A stretch of 38,620 bases of DNA from Octopus bimaculoides (taxonomy: Eukaryota), in the NCBI RefSeq assembly GCF_001194135.2, contig NC_068993.1, forward strand, positions 59,803,532 through 59,842,151, written 5' to 3'. Below the pieces are notes generated by a model, which was not told the DNA's origin, made no database searches, and was given only the letters and a program-made list of their open reading frames with translations. Each line of letters starts with the position of its first letter. Position 1 is the first letter of the stretch. This document shows positions 1 to 11,490 of this stretch, in pieces. The position numbers and the translations under genes are program-made.

Positions 1-173
1 GGGGGTAAGTCGATTACATTGACCCAGTGTTTCGCTGGTACTTATTTTATCGTCCACGAAATGATGAAAGGCAAAGTCGACCTCAGTGGAAATTGAACTC
101 AGAACGTAAATGACGTGTGAAATTCTGGCAAGCCTTTTGCCCGGCGTTGTAACGATGTTGCCAGCTGACCGTC
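1..173 (-). mobile_element. tRNA-derived SINE, family A (diverged, runs off the window edge)
   Basis: Matches the reverse complement of the well-preserved copy at 3476-3706 (gatgaaaggcaaagtcgacctc...gaactcagaacgtaa...tgccagct). Confidence 0.85.
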
Positions 174-466
174 TTGCCCGGCATATACACTAGCATACAT
201 GTATATATACGTACAAACGCGTGTGTGTTTGTGTGGGCACTTGTATATGTGATACACGTGTATTTATATGAGAACACTCAGCACACAGTAGTTGTACATA
301 CACACACAGACAGACACACATACACACGTAGGCATGTATGTGTGTTTTATAAACAAGCGTGTACACGAATGTGAGTTGTAGTGTTCTGTTTCACGGACTT
401 TTAACCGCATAGAATTTACAAGAACATGTAGGTACTCCCTGAAAAGAATACGTAGATGAATTAGCT

Positions 467-900
467 GATCACGTGATTTCGCCTTGCCCGGGCTCACCAA
501 TAGTCGACGTGCTGTAGCGATATAACAACTGAACCTCACTGTCAACAATATATAGAATCTCAATGTCTTTTGAGGCACTGATGTCGGGAATAACCAGCAG
601 AGTAATTGAATAATAATTAAAAGCTATAGAAAGCAGTAATGATAACAACAAGCTAATCTTCATCTCCAACTTAAAGTGGATGTTGTGTTAGGAAAACGAA
701 TACTGCGTTATTTACTTAGAGAGGATTTTTCATACAGGCGCATGGTGCATAAAGGCACTCGTGTTCCTATCGTTGGCAAACGAGAATCGTCTCCTACGGG
801 CACCAGAACTGCCAGATCACGTGATTTCACCTGCCAAAGTCTGCATACATTCGTTAGACCTATAAATAGCAGCCGTATCTCTTCCAAACAACACCATTAT
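467..900 (+). promoter_or_regulatory. Candidate Pol II promoter: two extended E-boxes (ATCACGTGAT) plus TATA box
   Basis: gatcacgtgatttc occurs identically at 467-480 and 815-828; TATAAATA at 861-868. Motif evidence only. Confidence 0.3.
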
Positions 901-1224
901 GTCATTTTAATTTTACTTTAGAATGAACCACCTTCGAATATAGACTTACTGGATCAAAGTTGAGCCGGGGCTATGACAATAATATAACAATGTCAAATAT
1001 AAAAATTGTAATACAAAAAGAAAAAATGTAAGAATTCATAAAAATACTCCTGTTTAAGATATTACCATTGATTTATTTCACATTAGGAATCTTGCAAAAC
1101 GAATTGATAAACGTAGCATTCGTTTATTCTTTGATAGATTTCACGCACTAAGCTGTGCCGCAACTGAATTGCTCGGATTCAAGGAATTTAAAACTGATCC
1201 GAACAGCCTGAGATCAATTTCACC

Positions 1225-1480
1225 TTGATTCCCGACCAATTGTTTCCGGATTCAGTCCCACTGCGTGGAGCCTTGAGCAAGTGTCTCCAACAATAGCCTC
1301 AGGCCGACCAAAGTCTTGTGAGTAGACTTGGTAGACGGAAACTGAAAAAGTCTCATTATATATATATACTAGTGTTGGTGTCCTTACGTCCCGTAACCTT
1401 GCGGTTCGGCAAAACAGACCGATAGGATAAATACTGGAGTCGATTCATGTCTAATGACTGAAACAAGAAAAACAAAAATG
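1225..1480 (+). mobile_element. tRNA-derived SINE, family B (internally shortened)
   Basis: ttccggattcagtcccactgcgtgg...ttggtagacggaaactgaaa...cccgtaacc..gcggttcggcaaaa...tgactgaaacaag is shared with the copies near 9.0, 16.6, 31.4 and 34.0 kb. Confidence 0.85.
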
Positions 1481-2102
1481 TTCTGTTGTAGAAAATTAAC
1501 AAGTTACAGGAATATCTTAGTTCTTCCCTTGAGAAGGTCGGAATTTCTGTTTTACAACTATTCCGTTTTTTTTTTTTTTTCCTATTAACCTTTCCTAACT
1601 TCATAAAATTATTATTACCGCCTTTCATTTCATAGCATTGATCACAAATTCGAAGATTGCTTTTTTGAAAGCTCTATCGACGTTCCATACTTTGTTTTGG
1701 TCAAAAGAATATTTTAAACTCCACCGTCTTAGTTTAGATCTGAACTAAGCTGAGAAAGTTTTATTTTACTTATATCATGGTCGTTTGTGATTACGTATTT
1801 GTAAACTTTTTGCGAGTGAGGAAGGAAATGAATGTAAAATTTTGAGCCATCTCCGCCCCAAAAGAAAGAAAAAGAAAAGACACGTAAACATGACGTATTA
1901 AATATTCATTATAGACTTGAAAGCAGTTTTAAAGATACTGTTTAAACATAGAGGAGGGTTGTTAAATATACCGTTTGCTTGCATTAAGTTCATTGAAGTC
2001 AACAGATATTCAAGGTAACGGTAGTTTTTAATAAGTTATAACGAGTTAACTCTTTTGGTACGATGTATATTTCTCTAGCAATCATTCAATAACTCATTCA
2101 TT

Positions 2103-2133
<31 letters not shown>

Positions 2134-2906
2134 CACATGATCAGTTAGCTCACTTTGCAATCCTAGAAGCGCAGTTTCGATCCAAGAACTTGGTTTCTTG
2201 AGTAGTATGTCTGTCTATGAGCAATTAGTTTACTGAATGGAATAGAAATTACAAAAAAAGGGTGAAAAGAAAAATAGCACTTCGTGGCAAACAGTGGAGC
2301 TTTTACGGGTTGGTCCGATCTGCTGGAAACAGCAGCTAAGTTTCCCTGAAAGTCACACCTTACTTTCGTTAACAAAAAGGAAGAACAGTATTATTGGATA
2401 ATACTGTCCTAGATAAACTGTTTCTGAATAAAAGAAAATATTGTCACGACAAAACACGATTGATTGTCTGCCCGAACAGGATTTGATCCGGGGCTAAACA
2501 CCGACAGCAAGATCATAGCTCTATCATGAAAGATTTAATTGTTTAATATTAATTGCGCCCAAACCGGTGGGAGACTTAACTCTAATTTAGTTAATGACAC
2601 ACAAAGCAAGCAGGGATGTATTGCGTTACGTGGAAATGATAAAAAGCGCGGCTTCTTATATTTAGTCCAGCATCTGCAATAGTTCTAGTTCACTGCAAAA
2701 CAACGCACGATTTGCGGCAGTTTAATAACTGCAGTAATTAATAATTAAGCTAAATATTTCAAACAATAATTTTAATAAAACATAACAAGAATTTAATCAA
2801 GTAAAATGCAGTGGGTTAGGTTTGCCGAAAATCACCTTTCAGCGCCGTCGTTGGAAACTTGTTTGTTCGGCCTGTTATATTTTCTGAATTATTAGCAACC
2901 GAAGAA

Positions 2907-3062
2907 GGCGGCGAACTAGAGAATTGTTCGTTTTTTTTTCCGGGAAAATGATTATCGGTATTTCGTTCGTCTTTATGTTCAGAGTTCAAGTCCCGTCGAG
3001 GTCGACTTTGCTTTTTCCTCCTTTTCGGGTCGATAAAATAAGTACCAGTTGAGCACTGGAAT
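2907..3062 (+). mobile_element. SINE family A, diverged, 3' end lost
   Basis: Starts ggcggcgaact; contains B-box-like gagttcaagtcc and body gaggtcgactttgc...gggtcgataaaataagtaccagttg. Confidence 0.8.
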
Positions 3063-3268
3063 CATTACTGACTTTGCCCGTCACTCCAACTTCCTTGCCT
3101 TCAGCTGAATAAGGAATTGCATCTGTTATTGAGCTAAGCTTCACCAATGCATTTATTTCGAAGTCTTATGGAGGCGAGGCATCGACGATTATGGCACAGT
3201 GAATAATGATCGCTAGTTGTCTATTGAGTTCAATTGTCTTACTGCTACCAACGCTCGTATTAATATTC

Positions 3269-3475
3269 ATTTCTTTATTGTCCACAAGGGGTGAAACATA
3301 GAGGGGACAAACAAAGGTATTAAGTTGATTACATCGACCCCAGTGCGTAACTGGTATTTTAATTTATCGACCCCGAAAGCACGAAAGGCAAAGTCGACCT
3401 CGGCGGAATTTGAACTCAGAACGTAACGGTAGACGAAATGCCTCTAATCAGTTCGCCCAGCGGGATAACGATTCT
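3269..3475 (-). mobile_element. SINE family A (tail type 1), lacking the first ~14 nt
   Basis: High similarity to the adjacent 3476-3706 copy, including tail ...ccttgtggacaataaagaaat. Confidence 0.9.
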
Positions 3476-3706
3476 TATTTCTTTATTGCCCACAAGGAGC
3501 TAAACACAGAGGGGACAAACAAGGACAGACAAACGGATTAAGTCGATTATATCGACCCCAGTGCGTAACTGGTACTTATTTAATCGACCTCGAAAGGATG
3601 AAAGGCAAAGTCGACCGCGGCGGAATTTGAACTCAAAACGTAACGGCAGACGAAATGCCGCTAAGCATTTCACCCGGCGTGCTAACGTTTCTGCCAGCTC
3701 GCGGCC
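3476..3706 (-). mobile_element. SINE family A, near full-length (tail type 1)
   Basis: Minus strand reads ggccgcgagctggcagaaacgttagcac (A-box region)...gagttcaaattcc (B box)...body...A-rich tail gggcaataaagaaata. Confidence 0.92.
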
Positions 3707-4048
3707 CTGCACCCGCAGACATATTTTCTAGAAACGAACCTTTTACGGCTTCTGCCTAAAATTTGACACCGTATCAACCTCGCTAAGTAAAGGCTATGTT
3801 CAACAATCACTGCACTTCTTAATAACTGGAAAATAGTAAGCAATACAATTAATAATAATTTCACAGTAATTATATTTGAAGAAAGTCAAATCATTAGAAC
3901 GCTTATTTGCATAATTATTTTCATAATTGTTATTAATAGTTTTCCTCGTTTTCATTTCATTGCAAAAGGAAAATGAAATAAAATACATTGTTTCATGTTA
4001 TTGTTGCTCTTTTGTCGAGGGAAATTGTTGCAATATTTGCTATTACAG

Positions 4049-4090
4049 TTCTTCTTCTTCTTCTTCTTCTTCTTCTTCTTCTTCTTCTTT
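4049..4090. repeat. (TTC)n microsatellite
   Basis: Seen directly. Confidence 0.95.
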
Positions 4091-4549
4091 CTGTTGTTCT
4101 CTGTGGTCTTTCGTTTTGGTAACGTTGCGCTGTACAGTCAGCCAAGGCTGTAAAAACGATGGTAAAGCTTATTCTGTTATTGTAATTAACTTAAAAGAAT
4201 GATCCATATATATATATATATATGTATATATAAACAAAAAGATAAAGAGAGCAAAGGTAAGGTTGGAGAAGTATTTTATGGGAAGATCCAGTACTTCCCT
4301 TCATCGGAGACAGAAAAAATAAAGTAATCTATTATTATATCCATAGGCGGATATTTTTAGTATGAAGTGGTAATGAGTGGGATGTGCTGAAAAAAGAGAG
4401 AACAGTACTTTGGTTAAATCCAATACCCTCGTCAACCTTATATATATATATAAAAACAATACACGCACCTCCACCCAGATAACATGAAAAGTAGCCGAAG
4501 AAAAGAAACTACAATAGCAACATTCATAGCAACAACAGCAATGACATCA

Positions 4550-4667
<118 letters not shown>

Positions 4668-5870
4668 TAATCTTCATCAGCAATAGAAATATAACAAAAA
4701 AAACAAACAAACAAAAAAACAAAAATAAAAGACAGCGACAGTAACTAACGAAGACAATAATTTCTAGAAGAAATGTAGTTCTTTTTCCAGGGATCTAAAT
4801 TATTTACAATTTTGTCAAAGAATAACTGTTAATCTCGAAATGGTTGTACAGAAGATAGCGAATATAAATGCATTTGGTAAACATCTGTCTGCTAAAAACG
4901 CTATGTTCACAACTTCTCTTTCAACAGACAGTTATTAGTGTGTGTTGTTGCTATTGCTGTTGCTGTTTTTATTGTCCTTATAAACAGAAAACCTGACTTG
5001 TTCAGGCGTTTAAAAAGCCATCTTTCATCCTCTTACTTTTATTCTCCTTCATTTTATTGGTGTACGTTTATTCTTTATAATTATTTTTATTATTTATTTT
5101 TTTATGAGAGTTGTTTTATTTTTTTGTGGATTTTTGTCTTTTTTTCCTCCATCTGTACTTCGTGAATTTCACTCACATTTTTTTCTTTTTTTTTTTTGCC
5201 CTCATACATTCATGTCTACATGGTTTTCTTGTGTTCCTCTGTTCATATCTTGTACGTCTCTGATTCACAATTTCTTACTATGTTCTTCTCTCCCTCATTC
5301 ACTCTCTCTCTTTTACTATCAATCTCTCCCCATTTCTAAATTTCTCATATATATATATATATACAAATATGTACATACATATTTATAAATGTATATAATA
5401 TGTGTATACACATATGTATGCACATATGTATATACATTAAATACGGACATAAATACTTTCGTGCTTACACATATACATATAAATATGCAAACATATATTT
5501 TGCCTCTCATTTTCCATTTCTTTTTATCAAACTGAATCTAGTTCAAGCATATATGTTTTTTCTTTTCTTCTTCGTTGTTGTAATTCAGAAGGTAAAGAAT
5601 TGGTACCACATATTTGATGTTTTTAATTATTCACGTCACCTGGCGGAAGTAAATCTTTATATAATGTACAGGTATTTTATTTGACATAAATGCAATTTTC
5701 CTGGAGTTGGTATCTCACCATACACGCTCTGTAAAAGCGTATTGACGAGCCGAAGTAAGTCGATTATGCAAATCTATGATACGGAGAGGAATATAATTCC
5801 ATTTGTTTGGTGAATTATTTATTTTTCAAGTGTATGAATTTCATATAAACTCATAAAAATTCCCTTGCAG

Positions 5871-5939
5871 AGATGTTCGGACGGAATTTTTAAAAAAATA
5901 CTTATTAGGTATATCCTGAGGAGCAGCGTAGCAGATATG
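5871..5939 (+). CDS. Candidate isolated 69-nt coding exon, RCSDGIFKKILIRYILRSSVADM (unknown gene)
   Basis: Acceptor ttcccttgcAG ending 5870, donor atg|GTAAGT at 5940. Length is a multiple of 3 and only the phase-0 frame is open. No homology established. Confidence 0.3.
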
Positions 5940-7337
5940 GTAAGTGAATTGGACTAAATGTCCAACAATATCCAGCTTCCCCCTTCAGCCTTCTGGATAA
6001 TGAGTTATCCTGGTCAGTTTTAGCTTTAAACGCTATAAATCCATTGGCCCAAATCTTTTAGTTTATGTATCTGTAATCAGCGTCATCGCTTAGCTTTACA
6101 ATTCTGCTAAACTGTTTTTCAGTCAGGAAGGAAACGTCATCAACAACTTTATTCCTTCTAAAGATAAGAATACTTAATATGATATATCGTTGATGACTCA
6201 AGTACCCACTCATTTTATAATCTCTGCAAAGAAGATTTTGAAGATGTGTTTTAAATATAAGCAGCATCTTTAGTTTAAATGTGTTATTTCTAAGGAAACC
6301 AGGCCCTCTAAACATCCAGCATTCTCATAAAGGTTGTTTGGCATTTACAACACCCAAGTGAGCACTACCTTCTCGGTTAAAAATCACTGCGTTACTTTAG
6401 ATCGCACCCTTCTGGTTTAAGAACACATGGGACGATATAGGGCTAAATATACTATACCCGAAAAAACAAAAACAACGGGAGTATCACAACTTGAATGATT
6501 TTTGGTCAGAGGACTACGTAAACAGAGATGACCTGTGGTTAAATAACAGTTTCCGGTGATATAAGAATTTTCAGGTCTGAGATTACAAGTCTACATTTCA
6601 AACGTTAGATTTTTTTAAACCCATATTAACCCACTGTCCTCGTGTGTGGACAGTTGTATTTGATTTATTTACTGCAATAAAGGTTAACTGGACGCTTCCG
6701 TATGTTTGTTATCCTTATTTATATAACTACCCTCAAAATTTCGACAGGGTTAACCTAGGTTAAAATGGATCAAAGAAAAAATATTATTGTACGACATTCC
6801 ATTCAGTCTATCATTTGATAGTGTGGTAACTGTAGCTTAGTTGTTGCATTTATCAAACGTTTCCTTTGGAAATATCTGGTCTGAGTTCAAATGTGAAATA
6901 ACATAAGTGACTATTTTAGAGTATCGAACAACTAGCCAGCTATTGGATGGCTTGGAATATTACATCCAATACCCCTTGCGGAAGGTTTAATAGGTACAAA
7001 TAGCAGAGTTTAAAAATCTACCAAATCTTTTATTATCCTTGAATCGTAGCATTAACAAAGAGAGAAGAAGAATGAATTTTTACAAGATGGCTTTCTCAAG
7101 GTTCAGCAAAATTTAAGTTACTGCGGCCATCCAAATATTCGGTAGATTATTCGACGCACAAAGACAGAAATATGCAGGTTTTCAGTTTACGATTATAAGA
7201 TGTGAGCATGCACACACTAACATACACACATGCACACACGCACGCATTCATATCTCCTTGCTCTCTTCTATCTCTTTCTCTGTGTGTTGTATATATGTAG
7301 GTGGGTGTGAATGTACGTTTTATATGCATACATGCAT

Positions 7338-7354
7338 ATATATATATACATACA

Positions 7355-7412
<58 letters not shown>
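7338..7412. repeat. (TA)n microsatellite
   Basis: Seen directly. Confidence 0.95.
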
Positions 7413-7419
<7 letters not shown>

Positions 7420-8251
7420 GTGCGTGTGTGTATGTATATTCTTCGAGAAGAGATAGTAGAGGTAGAAAATTAATCTGATTCCCAATTATCGATTTTTTTT
7501 TAACAATTACGTAGTTAATTCTGACTTTTTCTTTTTTACCTTTTTTCTTTTTCAAAATATGTGGTTAATTTTATTTCTGAAGTGATAATTGCAGTAATTG
7601 CTTTTCTGTGACTGGCAATGTAAACAGCAAGAATTACTAAAAAGTAAAACGAAATAAAGTAGAACCGTTCCAACAATTACAACTAGAAAAATGCGAGCCC
7701 GACTAATAACCACAACAACAGAAACAGCAACGATACTGAAAATTAACGGCAGTTTGTGACATTATTTTTGCAGACATCCTGGTGTTGTTTTGCAGATTTA
7801 AATGATACTGAACGCATACATTCGTGACACATGGTGCTGGTTTGATGTGTTGAAAATCCATGGCATGCTGGGATTTAATGTGAATTTGTTAATCAAAAGT
7901 AGAAGACGCCAAAACAACCGACAGCAAACGAGAATAATGAAATAATAATAATAAAAAAACAATACACTACAGTAGTAACATAGTGGAGATTTAATTCATT
8001 TCGTGTATGAAAAATTGAAATAATAATGAGAATTTCTATCAAAGGAACAAGGAACCTTTTTTTTTTTTGTTCGAGAAAATTGTCGATTAAATCACTTTTA
8101 GTATTTGACTACTACTAATTTTATCGACCCCCGGAACAAGAAAATACTATTTACTTCGACGAAATTTCAACATAGAGAAACGAAAGCTAAAACGAATTGC
8201 TTCAATACATTATTCTGTTCATCGCTTTACCGTAGCTCTCAATCCAACAAT

Positions 8252-8376
8252 TTCTTCTTCTTCTTCTTCTTCTTCTTCTTCTTCTTCTTCTTCTTCTTCT
8301 TCTTCTTCTTCTTCTTCTTCTTCTTCTTCTTCTTCTTCTTCTTCTTCTTCTTCTTCTTCTTCTTCTTCTTCTTCTT

Positions 8377-8407
<31 letters not shown>

Positions 8408-8422
8408 TTATTATTATTATTA

Positions 8423-8453
<31 letters not shown>
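8252..8453. repeat. Compound (TTC)n(TTA)n microsatellite
   Basis: Seen directly; source of the poly-Phe/Lys/Arg ORFs. Confidence 0.97.
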
Positions 8454-8454
<1 letters not shown>

Positions 8455-8871
8455 GAGTGAGAGAGCAACGCATGTCATCAAAGTGACACTGGGGTACAAA
8501 TATACGAAGCCCAACATACCTCATCGCAGTCGATGAAAAAGTAGCGGTTGAGTGCTGAGAGCGATGTAATCAGCTGAACCCATCTTCCAAAATTTAGGTC
8601 CTGTACCTATAATAGAAAAGATCCTTATTATTATTTTGGCTTTGTATCAGCAAGATGCTCCCTGCTCCGTCCGCTCTCAGCTTTATTCTTTTTTTCAACT
8701 GTTTTCGAGGGGCACTACTGTCAAAGGTTTGTACTCTGAAGGTACAGAACTGACCCGGAGTTACCATATATTGTAAAACTTTCAGGATTTGTTTCTAAGT
8801 AGCCACTGGGGATTTCGCTTATCCTTGTTCTCACTATTTACACACCAGGGATCCCCTCCATGTTCTGCACC

Positions 8872-8910
8872 TACATGTATATACATGTATATACATGTAT
8901 ATACATGTAT
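8872..8910. repeat. Tandem 10-bp self-complementary unit (ATACATGTAT) x~4
   Basis: Seen directly. Confidence 0.9.
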
Positions 8911-8994
8911 CATTACGTCGATCTGGATAAAGTGGGAATATTGAAGTTTCGAATGAAAATCTTTGCACAAAAATATCATTTCGCTAATATAGAT

Positions 8995-9395
8995 GCAGTC
9001 ATAGCTTTGAGCTAAGAAGTTGGCCTCGCAATCACATGGTTCCGGTTTCAGTCCCATTTCATGGAAACTTGGACAGGTGTCTTGTGATATAGCCACCGGC
9101 CAACTAAACTCTCGTGAGTGGATTTGGTAGACGAAAACTGAAAGAGGCCTGTCGTATATGTGTGTGTGTGTGTGTGTTTGCGTGTGTCTATGTCTGAGTT
9201 TCTCCCTCACTACAGCTTGGCAACCGGTGTTGGTTTGATTAAGTTCCCGTATCTTAGCGGTCCGGCAAAAGCTCTCGATAGGATAAGTATCAGGCTCTAT
9301 AAGAAAAGCACATGGGTCGATTTGCATGAAAAATATTCCCTCAAGAGAGTGCGCCCGCATGGACGCAGTCTAATGAATGAAACAAGTAAAAGATA
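8995..9395 (+). mobile_element. SINE family B, near full-length, diverged
   Basis: Head ...cacatggttccggtttcagtccc, body gtggatttggtagacgaaaactgaaag, internal (GT)n, 3' end gcatggacgcagtctaatgaatgaaacaagtaaaag. Confidence 0.88.
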
Positions 9396-10045
9396 AAATA
9401 TAAATGATGCTCCATCCATAGATTCTTCAGACTTATTTCATTGATGAAGACCATCGCCAGAGTTCTTCAATTTTTATTTACTGATTCCTCTCATAATTAT
9501 TCTGGAATGGCCTGACAGTCTTTCATTTATATCATTATACGCCTTTCTCTATGTTCCCAAAGTTGGTAGAACTGTTAGAGTGTCAGGGTGAGTGAGAATG
9601 TTTTACATTTCTTATTCCGATTCGTTAAATTCCAAGTTCAAATACCGCTGAGATTAAATTCGTCGTCGTTTTTGTCGACAAATTGCGGGCGACAGGTTCG
9701 ATATAAATAAAGTGCCAGAAAAGTACAGGCGTCGTTATTATCTATCAATCTCAATCAAAATTGCTAAACTTCTGTTTAAATAGGAAACATTCTTACCTTC
9801 AAGTTTCTTTTCGTGTTCTCATGATTGTTGCAGTTGTGAGCGTTGAATTAGTATTCATTGAGTAGATTTATGATCAACAGCATTCCAAACGTAGCCATCA
9901 TGTCTTTTCATGAATATGAATATATTTATATATTTATATTGATAGAAAGGACAACAAAAGAAAGAAAGAGACCTCGATATTATGTAAATATAGGAATTTT
10001 ATCATGGCTACCGAATAAGTGTCACATATGTTTACAGATATATAT

Positions 10046-10094
<49 letters not shown>

Positions 10095-10614
10095 TCCCCT
10101 GTTCTTGTTTAGTAAAGAGCTTATTCTGTGATTTAAGGTTGATTGTTGCTGCTATTTCTAGCAGGTTGGCCTGTTCTGTTTCTCTAACCATTTACTAAAA
10201 TCAACATTAAACTGCTTTTAGTTTAACACGATGCATTAACAATCGAAAATTAAACTGAAATGAAATGAGTGCGGGTAACCTCGGTAAGAGAGGCTGAATT
10301 GCATTGCTTTTTGTTTTGTTTTTGCGGATGTGGGTTATATTCTTGCGTTCCAAATATTTATAAATGGCGTAGACGTAGTAAAGAAAAGCGAAATAATAAG
10401 CACAAAATGCCAAATGAATAACAATTAAAATAATAATTAAATATTTAAAGATCTGCGTGAAGACTAGTAATTTGAACAACAATGATTAACTGCATAAGAA
10501 ATTTACCAAATTTACAAAATTGAGTAAGGAAAATTAATTTTTTTTCCAGCTCTATGAAATTTACCCTGCTCCTCCATCAAAAAAGTTAACAACAATAAGA
10601 ATAATGTTTTAGGG

Positions 10615-10650
10615 GATAATTTCGAAGGAAAACATATCAAATGGATGAGT

Positions 10651-10730
<80 letters not shown>

Positions 10731-10863
10731 TAAATGGTGGGTGGGGCATCGTTTCCCATTCAAACTGCTCCAGCTTTTGGAATGTCATCTTCGCTGTATG
10801 TGGCCGAGCATTATACTGATAGAAGAACACCTTTCTAGAAGTCTTTTGGGGTCTCCTTATCTG
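10615..10863 (-). pseudogene. Mariner (DD34D-type) transposase remnant, split by a (TA)n(GA)n microsatellite
   Basis: Minus strand encodes QIRRPQKTSRKVFFYQYNARPHTAKMTFQKLEQFEWETMPHPP, matching the mariner motif (H/Q)DNARPH...LGWEVLPHPPYSPDLAP. Weaker continuation after the microsatellite. Confidence 0.8.
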
Positions 10864-11438
10864 ATGGAAGGGAAAGAAGAAAGAAACCCAGATTAACGAT
10901 CTATGTCCAGACAAGGGACTTGGTCTGAATGTTTTGCAGGTTCAGCTAATGGAAGACAATGGAAGTTTAGTGGCCTTAACCTAGATGACGGATTGTAGAG
11001 TGCATCTGACGAGCTCCTACCACATTCCACCACCCCCATTTCACTGACATGGCTCTGATGACCTGCAATATGTGACAGAAAACCCTTCAATAAAATTTTG
11101 TGTAGTGGAATCGAACCTGGAAACTAGACTCTTAAGCACTCAACCATACCTGATCTGTAAGTAGCTTAATTTATTTCAGTGTAAATATTTTTTCTAATTT
11201 TAAACTTTTCTGTTTCTACAGAAACGGAAATTTCGCTGTAGGAATGGTTCTCTTTCCCACATGTCATGTTAATTATTTTAAATGGCCAAGAAAATGTTTG
11301 TCGTATAGGTTAATTAGAAACATTTCAATTTTCATATCTTAATCGCTTGCTAATTAACCTCTGTTGGTCACCACAATCAGTTTATATTCTACATTGCCTG
11401 GAAAATATACCTGTACGGTTAGTAGAATTGTTTTTATC

Positions 11439-11490
11439 GTTGTCGTCGTCGTCGTCGTCGTCGTTGTCCTCCTCCTCCTCCTCCTCCTCC

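Noticed and set aside
1728-1749. Near-palindrome cttagtttagatctgaactaag
   Set aside because: Short, imperfect and without context; plausible by chance in 38 kb.
5586-5594. Possible 3-nt microexon cag|AAG|gtaaag, which would supply a Lys before the 5871 exon
   Set aside because: Noticed only after forming the peptide hypothesis; this is overfitting without junction reads.
6058-6315. 85-aa minus ORF in unique DNA
   Set aside because: No recognisable motif or convincing splice-site pair.
11020-11090. CTGACGA and CTGATGA...GAAA, hammerhead-ribozyme-like core
   Set aside because: Stem II lacks the closing G-C pair and no stems I/III or cleavage triplet could be built.
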